Below, one piece after another: positions 1 to 8,499 of a stretch of DNA of 35,071 bases (its first letter is position 1; every line of letters begins with the position of its first letter). The position numbers and the translations under genes were made by a program. The notes under the pieces are model-generated. The model had not been told where the DNA came from. It ran no database searches and saw only the letters and a program-made list of their open reading frames with translations. The stretch comes from an uncultured virus (IMG/VR IMGVR_UViG_3300034120_000663) (taxonomy: Duplodnaviria; Heunggongvirae; Uroviricota; Caudoviricetes), in IMG/VR virus record IMGVR_UViG_3300034120_000663, one strand, 5' to 3'.

Positions 1-357
1 GCGGCCAAGGAAAAGTTCCGCAACGACCCAGGAACCCGTCTCTTCTTATCGTCAGACGCAGGCGGATACGGCGTAGACCTACCTATGGCCAACGTGCTTA
101 TATCGTACGACCTACCGTGGTCGTCTGGAAAACTAGAGCAGCGAGAAGCGCGCATCATCCGTTTGTCGTCTGAGTTCCCCCACGTCACCATTGCTACGTT
201 CGTCATGCGTGGTTCGATTGAGGAGCGGCAGTACGAGATGCTCCAGCACAAGCGCATGGTCAATGAGGCGTTCGTGGACGGCAAGCACCATGAGCAGGGT
301 GTTCTTGAGGTAGACGTGTCCACTCTGACAAACTTTCTAAAATCTACCGAACTGTAG
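1..357 (+). CDS. SNF2-family helicase, C-terminal part (5' truncated)
   Basis: Frame open from base 1: KFRNDPGTRLFLSSDAGGYGVDLPMANVLISYDLPWSSGKLEQREARIIR matches helicase motifs V/VI of SNF2 proteins. Confidence 0.85.
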   Translation, partial: AAKEKFRNDPGTRLFLSSDAGGYGVDLPMANVLISYDLPWSSGKLEQREARIIRLSSEFPHVTIATFVMRGSIEERQYEMLQHKRMVNEAFVDGKHHEQGVLEVDVSTLTNFLKSTEL

Positions 358-409
358 TTGCTACCGTACTTCGCCACGCTATGCTGGTGCTCCTAGCACA
401 AGGAGGAGC

Positions 410-874
410 ATGAAGATCGTACGAGAAACCCGGCCAGACGGTCAGTATCTGGCCCGACTAGCAGATGAGTACGCCAATGCTAAAGCATTCGCAGAGAAGG
501 CCACTGCTCGCGCTGATGAACTCAAGTCAGAACTCGCCCGAGTGACCGACGAGTTGGGCCAGCAGGACAACAAGGGCAACATCTGGCTGCAAGCAGGCAA
601 GTACGACCTCAAGCGTGAGCGTCGACTGTCGCGCAGTCTGGATCTGTCTCATGCTGAGACATGGGCACGGGACAACGGAGTGTGGGGAGAAGTTTCCGAA
701 ATCAAGGCAGTCCTGAGCGAAGACCTGCTTCTTGGGTGGGCGTGGGATCACCCAGATAAGACGGATGAAGTCCAGGCTCTTTACAAAGAGAAAGAGGTCT
801 GGGCCTTCAAACTCTCTGAGGCCAAGGTGCCTCTTACGGAGACCAGCGCCACAGATGTGGGAGGACAGCCATGA
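410..874 (+). CDS. hypothetical phage protein, N-terminal coiled coil
   Basis: Strong SD (AAGGAGGAG) before ATG; ATGA overlap with next gene. Confidence 0.8.
   Translation: MKIVRETRPDGQYLARLADEYANAKAFAEKATARADELKSELARVTDELGQQDNKGNIWLQAGKYDLKRERRLSRSLDLSHAETWARDNGVWGEVSEIKAVLSEDLLLGWAWDHPDKTDEVQALYKEKEVWAFKLSEAKVPLTETSATDVGGQP
645..661. repeat. GTCTCA-N3-TGAGAC palindrome copy 1 (intragenic)
   Basis: TGTCTCA-TGC-TGAGACA. Confidence 0.85.
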
Positions 875-1107
875 GCGGTAAGCAGAGTCTCTTGGAGTGG
901 TTGCGCTGGATGGCCCTAATGGGCGTTGATAATGAAGTGGTCATGCTTCAGGGTGGAGCACTAGAGCGATGCGCTGAAGCAGCCGTTGAGATCGAACGGT
1001 TGCGGGCCGCTGGCGATGTGCTGTGTCGCTACGTCATCGAGAGTGGCCCTGGGTTGCATGACGACGAATCCGTTGTCGCCTACTGGCTGGAGGCCCGCCG
1101 TGAGTGA
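871..1107 (+). CDS. small hypothetical, 'EIERLRA' mosaic family
   Basis: GGAGG SD, ATGA overlap; contains AAVEIERLRA, ends EARRE. Confidence 0.7.
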   Translation: MSGKQSLLEWLRWMALMGVDNEVVMLQGGALERCAEAAVEIERLRAAGDVLCRYVIESGPGLHDDESVVAYWLEARRE

Positions 1108-1387
1108 GCGAGACATCGTGGAACGGCTGCGTGACGCGCACCAGACCGTACCGATCCCAGCCATTGCATCGCTCTACAGCAATGCTGCCGACGAGATCAA
1201 ACGGCTGCGTGCCGAGGTCAGGGGCTTTCAGGCTGAAAGCGGCTGCTGGCAGCGGTGGCACGACGCCGAGCGTGCCCTGGCCGACCAGTTGGCCGATGCG
1301 TTGCGAGATGAAGCCCGCAATCGCACACTGCGAGGGAGCGCTGCCCGAGCACTGGACGCCCACGAAGAGGCCCGCCGTGAGCGGTGA
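1100..1387 (+). CDS. small hypothetical, 'DIVERLRD/AADEIKRLRAE' mosaic family
   Basis: GTG at 1100 after GGAGG gives MSERDIVERLRD; similar to 23422-23700 and 20894-21160. Confidence 0.75.
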   Translation: MSERDIVERLRDAHQTVPIPAIASLYSNAADEIKRLRAEVRGFQAESGCWQRWHDAERALADQLADALRDEARNRTLRGSAARALDAHEEARRER

Positions 1388-1574
1388 GTGTGTTGCGTTC
1401 CAGTGGATCGGCCAGCCGATCACGTCATGCGATGGTTGCGGGAAGCCAGCATGGGAGCACGACTACTACCGAGGCTCTCCGTGGCAGGATTACCTCATCG
1501 CCACTTGGCTGGCGGATGGATTCATCAGCCGACAGCGAGCCGCAGCCCTACTCGTAGTGGAGGAGCGGTCATGA
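1377..1574 (+). CDS. small hypothetical with CxxC...H motif
   Basis: GTG in the junction linker gives MSGECVAFQWIGQ...CDGCGKPAWEH. Confidence 0.65.
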   Translation: MSGECVAFQWIGQPITSCDGCGKPAWEHDYYRGSPWQDYLIATWLADGFISRQRAAALLVVEERS

Positions 1575-1750
1575 GAAGTGGGCGGCACGACTTCGTCTGC
1601 GGCCAAGTCGCCTGGTTCGTGCGCCGCTGCTGGTGGGCGCTCAATCCATCACGAGCCGTGTGGTGCGACGACCTGGCGTGCAAGTGTAGGACATGCACCG
1701 TGGACGGGTGCTGGTGCCGGGAGGCCCGCTATGAGCAGCGCAATGACTGA
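1571..1750 (+). CDS. small Cys-rich hypothetical
   Basis: GGAGGAG SD and ATGA overlap; MRSGRHDFVC...CKCRTC...CWC. Confidence 0.55.
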   Translation: MRSGRHDFVCGQVAWFVRRCWWALNPSRAVWCDDLACKCRTCTVDGCWCREARYEQRND

Positions 1751-1844
1751 GGTGACGACCTTCTTGGCTGTCTGGCTGGTGTTCTCGGTCGTCGTCGGGC
1801 TTGTCGTCGGCCGCATCATCAAGGAGGAGGCCCGACGTGAGTAG
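1731..1844 (+). CDS. small single-TM membrane protein
   Basis: GGAGG then ATG at 1731; hydrophobic FLAVWLVFSVVVGLVVG; ends EEARRE. Confidence 0.6.
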   Translation: MSSAMTEVTTFLAVWLVFSVVVGLVVGRIIKEEARRE

Positions 1845-2019
1845 GTACTACTACGTATGCGCCACGTGTGGAAACAAGTGCGACACCATCGCCCCATCAG
1901 TTGTCATATGCACTCATAGACCCCTGAACAAACAGGGGTCGTCTCACACGGCAAAGAAACCAACACAATCCGTCGAAGTATCGAAGGAAGTATATGAGCA
2001 AGGGAAAGTACGTAATTAA
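1837..2019 (+). CDS. small zinc-ribbon-like hypothetical
   Basis: GTG in linker; YVCATCGNKC...ICTH. Confidence 0.6.
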   Translation: MSRYYYVCATCGNKCDTIAPSVVICTHRPLNKQGSSHTAKKPTQSVEVSKEVYEQGKVRN

Positions 2020-2272
2020 AAGCGGAGAACTGGCTGGCATGGCTTTGAGGTTTGCCAAGTTCAACAAGGGAACGATTGACTACCCGTTTCTGCGTTACAT
2101 GAACCCACGGTTCTCTAACGCCCCGAACACATACCGCATGCTCAGCACGTTGGTCAGGTACCAACTCCTACGAGAAGGAGAGAACTGCTACGTACTCACC
2201 TCCCTCGGAGAGGAAGCAGTGCGTCTGCTTGCCGAGCGTGACAGCAAAGTAACGGTAGGGATGACGACGTGA
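1994..2272 (+). CDS. putative winged-helix DNA-binding protein
   Basis: YRMLSTLVRYQLL...YVLTSLGEE resembles a wHTH recognition helix and wing. Confidence 0.55.
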   Translation: MSKGKYVIKSGELAGMALRFAKFNKGTIDYPFLRYMNPRFSNAPNTYRMLSTLVRYQLLREGENCYVLTSLGEEAVRLLAERDSKVTVGMTT

Positions 2273-2691
2273 GCGATATTGGATCAGGATGGCCTGACTA
2301 CCCAGGAAAGCGCCCGCCCAAGAACAGGGGCGCTGCTAAACCAACGACTCCGATCAGTGATCGACCCGACCTAAAGGGGAAGGTCTACAGAATCAAAGGA
2401 GTAGATGTTGAGTTGTTCACAATTGGCGAACTGGCTGGCGCAGTGCAGAGGAAGCCTGTTACACTGAGGATGTGGGAGTCAAGTGGGTGGATACCCAAGT
2501 CAAACTGGAGATCACCAACCCCACAAGGAACGCAGATTCCCGGCAAGACGACCCGTGGCCGAAGGCTGTACAGCAGGTCACAGGTAGAGTTGGTGGTCTC
2601 AGCAGTTGAGATGTTCAACATCAACGACCAGCGTCGTGCCGATTGGGCAGCGTTCAGAGAGCACATCAAAAAGCACTGGCTAGACCAGTAA
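2269..2691 (+). CDS. MerR-like HTH DNA-binding protein
   Basis: FTIGELAGAVQRKPVTLRMWESSGWIP...GRRLYSRSQV. Confidence 0.8.
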   Translation: MSDIGSGWPDYPGKRPPKNRGAAKPTTPISDRPDLKGKVYRIKGVDVELFTIGELAGAVQRKPVTLRMWESSGWIPKSNWRSPTPQGTQIPGKTTRGRRLYSRSQVELVVSAVEMFNINDQRRADWAAFREHIKKHWLDQ

Positions 2692-2726
2692 CTCCGCTAG
2701 ACGGAAACACACAAAGGAGATACGCC

Positions 2727-3452
2727 ATGATTAGGCGTCCAGCAAACACAAACAACACTCGCAACGACGAACGCGATGATGACGACGACGAGCAAGAGTT
2801 CAAGAAGCGCGACCGCAAGGTTGACGATGATGAAGAGGACGAGGAAGAGAGCAAGCCTCGCCCGTCAGCAGCCGGTAAGGTGATCAAGCGTGGCTGGGCA
2901 GCCGCCGACTCCCTTCAGTCGAAGAACTCGCCTTACGCCCAGTCGCTCAAGTTGAGCGAGAAAGCCATCATCGTCAAGTTCATCGAAGATGAGCCGTACG
3001 CGTCGTTCCGTCAGCACTGGGTGGAGCGCAAGGGACAGAAGTCCTTCGTCTGCATCGATGGGATTGACCCCAAGGGTTGTCCGCTCTGCGATGCCAGCAA
3101 CCGCCCCACCGACCGCTATTCGTTCAACGTAGTGCTGCTGTCGGCAGGCGGCGATGACCCCGTCATCAAGTCGTACGATGTGGGTGGCCGTGTCATCGAT
3201 CAGTTGCGTAACTTCCATCTGGACGACAAGCAGGGTCCGCTCAGCAAGCACTACTGGGCGATCAGTCGCAGCGGTACCGGTCCTCGCGCCTCTACGAACC
3301 ACCAGATGATTCGTGAGCGTGACTTGTCTGACTACGACCTTGAGGCACTGTCGGATTCGGACATCCGTGCCCTTCGCAAGGATGCGTACGATGAGTCCAT
3401 CGTGAACATCCCAAGCCGTAAGGAACTCTTGGAGATTGTCGACGAACTGTGA
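2727..3452 (+). CDS. ssDNA-binding protein (gp32-like)
   Basis: AAGGAG SD; KF...F.QHWV...FVC...CPLCD pattern; lies directly upstream of the DNA polymerase. Confidence 0.7.
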   Translation: MIRRPANTNNTRNDERDDDDDEQEFKKRDRKVDDDEEDEEESKPRPSAAGKVIKRGWAAADSLQSKNSPYAQSLKLSEKAIIVKFIEDEPYASFRQHWVERKGQKSFVCIDGIDPKGCPLCDASNRPTDRYSFNVVLLSAGGDDPVIKSYDVGGRVIDQLRNFHLDDKQGPLSKHYWAISRSGTGPRASTNHQMIRERDLSDYDLEALSDSDIRALRKDAYDESIVNIPSRKELLEIVDEL

Positions 3453-5536
3453 TCGGTAACGACTCACTGAGCAGCGGGAGGGTAACACCTCCCGCTGTTT
3501 CGTCTCTAGACGAAGTCCATTACATCGTTGAGAAGATCCGTGAGCACGGTGAGTTTGTGTTCGACGTAGAAACCCGTGGCAACGTGAGTAGGCACCCCGA
3601 GGTATCGTCACGCATGGAGGCGGAGTGGAGCAAGCACTTAGCCTCTTTGCGCACGGAGTCTCCATCAGTCATTGCCAGGTCTCGCTCTGCCTTTGAAGAG
3701 GAGTACAAGTCAGAGGTTGCTCTTGACCAACTCCTGAACGAGGTGTTCTGGATCGGCATTGCTCTGCCAGGAGAATCCTGGGCTATCCCGATGGGCCACA
3801 AGAACGGTGAAGTACTCGTTCCAGAAGAAGCCGGTGACGGAACAACTGTTCCACCTCCCGGCTATAGGAAGGTGCTTCAAAGCGGTAAAGAGTCTATGGC
3901 TAAGGCTAAGTACCGCATACCAGCACAGTTCAGCCCACCACCTGAGCAGTTAACCCGCTCAGACGTGTTCGACGTTCTTCGTCCCGTGTTCTTGGACGAT
4001 TCGATCACGAAGATCGGCCACAACATCAAGTTCGATGCACGGTCTGTGGCTAAGTACATTGGGCAGATCCCTAATGGGCCGTTTGTCGACACCATGATCA
4101 TGCAGTTCGTGCTTGACGAGAACCTGATGACGTACAAGTTGGAAGCCTTGATTGCTAACAACTTCGATGGGCATGATGCGTACCGTGGTGAGAAGTTGGG
4201 TTCACGAATCGACACAGTCTCATTCTCAAGTGCCTGTAATTACGTACACCTAGATGTCAGGTGGACGTGGATGCTCTACAAGAGGATGCTTCCGAAGATC
4301 ACATCAAGTGAGTCGCTCAGTACAGCGTTTTCCTTGGACATGGATGTCATCGAAGCACTCATGCACATGGAGCACACTGGTATTGAGGTTGACGCTGACA
4401 GGATGCGTGCTCTTGGGGTTGAACTTGACCACAGGAAGCAATCTGTGCTGATTGATATCGGAAAGTACGCATACAAGGGGTTCAACCCTGACTCCAACAA
4501 GGACAAGCAGGCGCTGCTCTTCACTCCAAAGGATGACGGTGGTCTTGGGCTAAAGCCAGTGAGGGTATCTGAGAAGACAAATGCCCCGTCTGTAGACGAG
4601 CAGTCACTGTCAGCACTTAAGCAGAAGCACCCGATTGTTCCGCTTTTGATGGAGTGGCAGGAAATCACAAAGTTGAAGGGCACGTACGTAGACGGACTAC
4701 TTCCCCGTCTCAGGTCTGGTCGCTTGCATCCTGACTTCAACCTGCACAGGGCCAAGACCTCTCGCCTGTCTGCCAGTAACCCGAACCTTCAGAACATCCC
4801 CAGAGAATCCTCACTACGAGAGTTGTTCGTAGCGAGTGAAGGCGAAGTGTTTATCGACGCTGACTACGACCAGATCGAACTGCGCGTCTTCTGCATGTAC
4901 TCAAAAGACCCAGTGATGAGCAGGTACTTCATCGATGGGATTGACATCCATAAGGGTGCCGCAGCGGCGGTCTTCAACAAGTCCGTTGAAGACGTGACCA
5001 AGGACGAGCGACAGATCGGAAAGATGGTCAACTTCTTGACCGGGTTCGATGGTGGCGCACAGAAACTGGCCGACAGCGCAGGCGTGTCTATCTCTGATGC
5101 TAGAAAGTTCATCGACCAGTACTACCGAAAGTTCCATGTTCTAGCAGCGTGGAAAGAGGACGTGCGGGCATCAGCCAGGAAAAAGGGATACGTTGAGACA
5201 CTGGCAGGACACCGAAGGCGGCTTCCAGATATCATGTCATCAAACGCCGAGTTGCGATCCAGAGCAGAGCGTCAAGCGGTAAACTCAAAGATTCAAGGTT
5301 CCGCAGCAGATATCTGCAAGGAGGCGATGGTCGCTGTGCACAAAGCATTCTCTGGTACAGACGCCAGGCTTCTTGTTCAGGTGCACGACGAACTTATCTG
5401 CGCTGTACCAAAGGACAGCGCCCATGAGTACATGGAAGTGCTCAAGACGGCGATGGGTCATGGTGTAGAGATCAACGGCATCCCACTTGTGGTCAGTGCT
5501 GCAATCGGTCCATCATGGGCAGAGGCAAAGGAGTAA
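3449..5536 (+). CDS. polA: DNA polymerase family A with 3'-5' exonuclease
   Basis: ExoI FDVET, ExoII GHNIKFD, SRLSASNPNLQNIP, motif A DYDQIELR, AERQAVNSKIQGSAAD, motif C VHDEL. Confidence 0.97.
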   Translation: MIGNDSLSSGRVTPPAVSSLDEVHYIVEKIREHGEFVFDVETRGNVSRHPEVSSRMEAEWSKHLASLRTESPSVIARSRSAFEEEYKSEVALDQLLNEVFWIGIALPGESWAIPMGHKNGEVLVPEEAGDGTTVPPPGYRKVLQSGKESMAKAKYRIPAQFSPPPEQLTRSDVFDVLRPVFLDDSITKIGHNIKFDARSVAKYIGQIPNGPFVDTMIMQFVLDENLMTYKLEALIANNFDGHDAYRGEKLGSRIDTVSFSSACNYVHLDVRWTWMLYKRMLPKITSSESLSTAFSLDMDVIEALMHMEHTGIEVDADRMRALGVELDHRKQSVLIDIGKYAYKGFNPDSNKDKQALLFTPKDDGGLGLKPVRVSEKTNAPSVDEQSLSALKQKHPIVPLLMEWQEITKLKGTYVDGLLPRLRSGRLHPDFNLHRAKTSRLSASNPNLQNIPRESSLRELFVASEGEVFIDADYDQIELRVFCMYSKDPVMSRYFIDGIDIHKGAAAAVFNKSVEDVTKDERQIGKMVNFLTGFDGGAQKLADSAGVSISDARKFIDQYYRKFHVLAAWKEDVRASARKKGYVETLAGHRRRLPDIMSSNAELRSRAERQAVNSKIQGSAADICKEAMVAVHKAFSGTDARLLVQVHDELICAVPKDSAHEYMEVLKTAMGHGVEINGIPLVVSAAIGPSWAEAKE

Positions 5537-5538
5537 CC

Positions 5539-5925
5539 GTGGACGAAGATGACGACATCTCATTTGCCCACCGCAAACGGTCGTTTCTGCTCAATCTATC
5601 CGTGCAGGACGGCAGGTCATTCACCGAGTTTGCAGGAATGCAGCCAACTTCTCCTGATGTTGCATTGAAGGAGATGGAAGACGTGATGCGGTACTGGGCG
5701 ACGTTGCGCATTGCCGGTGTCACTGATTCCATTGAAGAATCAGCGCAGTGGTTTGCTGACACGATGCAGGCAGCGAACGGCATGGGCGATACAGACACGG
5801 TTGTTGCGTACGCTCTAGTGGCATCGTTTGCCATGTCGGCAGTGATCAAACTTCTAGATGAGAAGTTGGTGTCACTAACCCACCCAGTGGATGTAAAAGT
5901 GCTCTATCTAGGAGATCAGAAGTGA
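5539..5925 (+). CDS. hypothetical protein
   Basis: AAGGAG SD then GTG at 5539; fills the gap in the operon. Confidence 0.7.
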   Translation: MDEDDDISFAHRKRSFLLNLSVQDGRSFTEFAGMQPTSPDVALKEMEDVMRYWATLRIAGVTDSIEESAQWFADTMQAANGMGDTDTVVAYALVASFAMSAVIKLLDEKLVSLTHPVDVKVLYLGDQK

Positions 5926-5928
5926 TGA

Positions 5929-6306
5929 ATGGGGGTCAACATGTCATCTGATTGGTGGGCTTCAAAACTTAGGTCAGATCAGCCGACTCAGCGTGCGCAG
6001 CAGCCAACGTACCCTGCGAGCAGCAGTAGGCCGCTTATCAACACCAACGCTCAGCGTATGGCGCACGATGAGCAGCCAGCAAGACCAACGTACACTGACG
6101 GGAAGATTCCCGTTATGGATGCGATCAAGCAATGGAAGGGAACGAAGGCCGCTCAGGCCATCGATTCGTGCCCGTCCTGCGGTGGCCCTCATGTGTTTGC
6201 CATTAGAGAAGGCGGCATCAACGGGGCAAGCCCAGCACCCAGGTGTTACGAGTGCGGGTGGAATGGCGGCAAGTTCATCCAAGGCGATCAGTCGTCGTGG
6301 ATCTAA
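5929..6306 (+). CDS. hypothetical with C-terminal zinc ribbon
   Basis: CPSC...RCYECG; start at 5929 or 5941. Confidence 0.75.
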   Translation: MGVNMSSDWWASKLRSDQPTQRAQQPTYPASSSRPLINTNAQRMAHDEQPARPTYTDGKIPVMDAIKQWKGTKAAQAIDSCPSCGGPHVFAIREGGINGASPAPRCYECGWNGGKFIQGDQSSWI

Positions 6307-6315
6307 GGGAGACAT

Positions 6316-7323
6316 ATGTTGCAGGAAATTGACAGCATTATTGCTGACGTAAATAAGAAGTATGGAGATGACACCGTAGTAAAGGGTAGTCGTATCCATA
6401 AAGAACTGCCGCGTATTACGACTGGTGTTCTGTCCTTCGACCTAATGCTGGGAGGAGGGTGGCCCGTAAACCAGTGGTCAGAGATCATTGGTAATGAGTC
6501 ATCGGGCAAGACTGCCCTTGCGTACAAGACCATCGCAGCCAACCAGGCACTAGACCCAGAGTGGACAGCGATGTGGGTAGCGGCAGAGGAGTACGTCCCA
6601 GCCTATGCTGAAGCAATCGGTGTCGATCTAGACCGCTTGTGGGTCGTTGAGACCAACGTGATGGAGTACGTGTACGACATCTCTCTACGTGTGCTTGACA
6701 AGCGTGCAGTGGACTGCATTGTCATCGACTCGTTGCCTGCGCTCGTACCCTCAGTTGAGGACGAGAAGGAGATGATGGAGATGACGATGGGCCTTGGTGC
6801 CCGCATCACCGGAAAGTTCCTCCGCAAGTCAGGACGTGCACAGCGCAGGTCGTTGGTAGAGACCGAGCGTGGGTGCACTGGTTTGATCATCAATCAGTGG
6901 AGAGACAAGATCGGTGTCATGTACGGCGATCCGCGCACCACTCCTGGTGGTAAGGCCAAGAACTTCCATTACTTTGCCCGTGTAGAAGTAGCACGTGATG
7001 AGTGGATCACCGAGAAGGATGAGAAGGTCGGCCAGTCGATCCGTGCAAAGACCTTGAAGAACAAGACCTACCGTCCCTATCAGGATGCGGTCGTGGACTT
7101 CTTCTTTACTGACACGAAGGGGTTCTCCCTTGGGTCATTCGATGTCATCAAGGACATGGTCAACACTGCCATGTCGCTGGGCATCATCAACCGGCGAGGT
7201 GCCTACTACTCGTTTGCTGAGCAGCAGTGGCAGGGCAAAGACGCCACATACCAGGCATTCAGGGAAGACCTGGATATCCAGAACGCACTAAAAGAAGCAG
7301 TAATCGGAGCAGTACTGAAATGA
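6316..7323 (+). CDS. recA: RecA/UvsX recombinase
   Basis: TG.LSFDLMLGGG, Walker A GNESSGKT, VIDSLPALVP, INQWRDKIGVMYGDPRTTPGG. Confidence 0.96.
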   Translation: MLQEIDSIIADVNKKYGDDTVVKGSRIHKELPRITTGVLSFDLMLGGGWPVNQWSEIIGNESSGKTALAYKTIAANQALDPEWTAMWVAAEEYVPAYAEAIGVDLDRLWVVETNVMEYVYDISLRVLDKRAVDCIVIDSLPALVPSVEDEKEMMEMTMGLGARITGKFLRKSGRAQRRSLVETERGCTGLIINQWRDKIGVMYGDPRTTPGGKAKNFHYFARVEVARDEWITEKDEKVGQSIRAKTLKNKTYRPYQDAVVDFFFTDTKGFSLGSFDVIKDMVNTAMSLGIINRRGAYYSFAEQQWQGKDATYQAFREDLDIQNALKEAVIGAVLK

Positions 7324-7859
7324 GCAAGAGTACGTATGACTGGGTTGGTGCGATCATTACCGCATCAGGTAACTCGTTTGACCTGAGTGAACCCAAGGCA
7401 GAGCAGGTGTCGCTAGAGGATGTGGCCCAGGCACTGTCTCTCACATGTCGATACAACGGACACATTCCGTTCTTCTACTCAGTAGCAGAGCACTCGTTCC
7501 GAGTAGCGCACTGGCTAGAGAACTCTGGTGAGTATCCAGAGGTGGTGCTTACCGGACTTCTCCACGACGCAGCAGAAGCGTATGTAGGGGACATGGTTCG
7601 CCCACTGAAGCGAACTGAGCCGCTGGGCACTCTCTTCCAAGAAGCAGAGCATCGTGCAGCGGTAGCAGTGCATGAGAAGTTAGGCGGCATGTACCCATAC
7701 CCACGTGAGGTGCACGCAGCAGACAAGCACGTGTATGAGTGGGAAGTAGAGAACATCCGCACAGGTAGGGTTCCTGGCTGGCCACCTGAGCATGCGCGCA
7801 ACCTCTTCATTGAGCGATATCACCAGTTGGTCAATCAGATTAGCGAGGAGTCAAAGTGA
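7320..7859 (+). CDS. HD-domain phosphohydrolase (YfbR/YfdR-like nucleotidase)
   Basis: CRYNGH..FYSVAEHS...LLHDAAEAYVGDM; ATGA overlap with recA. Confidence 0.85.
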   Translation: MSKSTYDWVGAIITASGNSFDLSEPKAEQVSLEDVAQALSLTCRYNGHIPFFYSVAEHSFRVAHWLENSGEYPEVVLTGLLHDAAEAYVGDMVRPLKRTEPLGTLFQEAEHRAAVAVHEKLGGMYPYPREVHAADKHVYEWEVENIRTGRVPGWPPEHARNLFIERYHQLVNQISEESK

Positions 7860-8182
7860 ACAACAAGGGACAAGCAACAGCGTCTCATCTTGAGACAGAG
7901 CGAGAAGCCCTTCTTCTTGAAGCGGCCAGGATCATTACGGGCGACAGGAACACCAGTTACGATGAGCCTTTCGTTAACTTTCAAATAATCGCTCGTCTGT
8001 GGTCGGAGTACCTTGGGGCTAACATCAGTGTGCACGATGTTGCCGTGTTGAACATCCTTCAGAAGGTGTCTCGCATTATGGCATCTCCCGATAAGCGCGA
8101 CCATTGGGTTGACATCGCCGGATACGCAGCGTGCGGGTACGAGGCGCTTAGCATCGCTGAGTCCATCACACCGTTGTGGTAG
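7856..8182 (+). CDS. DUF6378 domain protein
   Basis: A..IITGDR..SY..P..NF..IA.LWS.YLG...K.SR....DHWVDIAGYAAC. Confidence 0.8.
   Translation: MNNKGQATASHLETEREALLLEAARIITGDRNTSYDEPFVNFQIIARLWSEYLGANISVHDVAVLNILQKVSRIMASPDKRDHWVDIAGYAACGYEALSIAESITPLW
7882..7896. repeat. GTCTCA-N3-TGAGAC palindrome copy 2 (intragenic, near 5' end)
   Basis: GTCTCA-TCT-TGAGAC. Confidence 0.85.
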
Positions 8183-8499
8183 ACAAGGACATCCTCAAGG
8201 CTTCTCGTAAGCAGGAGGAACGTACCGCTAAGACGTACCGAGGTAGCCGTAACGCAGGGTCTGGGTCTGGTTGGATTCGTAAGAACGACGTTCGGTCAGA
8301 GAAGTTCTTGATTGAGAACAAACTGACTACCAACGCCAAGTCGTACACGGTAAAGTATCTAGACCTAAGAGACCTAGAGAAGAGAGCGATTCTGGACAAC
8401 AGAGTGCCCGTTCTTCAGTTTGATCTTGGCGGTAAGCAATTCGTCATCCTTACTGAGGATGATTTCTTAGAGATGTCTATGCATGAAGAACAAACCTGA
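8176..8499 (+). CDS. PD-(D/E)XK nuclease, Holliday junction resolvase-like
   Basis: S.KQE...A....G.RNAGSG...KNDV....LIENK. Confidence 0.7.
   Translation: MVDKDILKASRKQEERTAKTYRGSRNAGSGSGWIRKNDVRSEKFLIENKLTTNAKSYTVKYLDLRDLEKRAILDNRVPVLQFDLGGKQFVILTEDDFLEMSMHEEQT

Larger units (their letters stand above)
1089..1844 (+). repeat. four copies of gene-junction linker GAGGCCCGnC/T-RTGAG
   Basis: Copies at 1089-1107, 1367-1387, 1720-1735 and 1826-1844, each at a gene boundary. Confidence 0.85.

Noticed and set aside
2943..2959. TCGCTCA-AGT-TGAGCGA as an additional palindrome copy
   Set aside because: Shares only the CTCA-N3-TGAG core and lies in coding sequence; may be chance.
2865..3665. 266-aa - strand ORF
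   Set aside because: Antisense to the SSB and polymerase; no SD or motifs.
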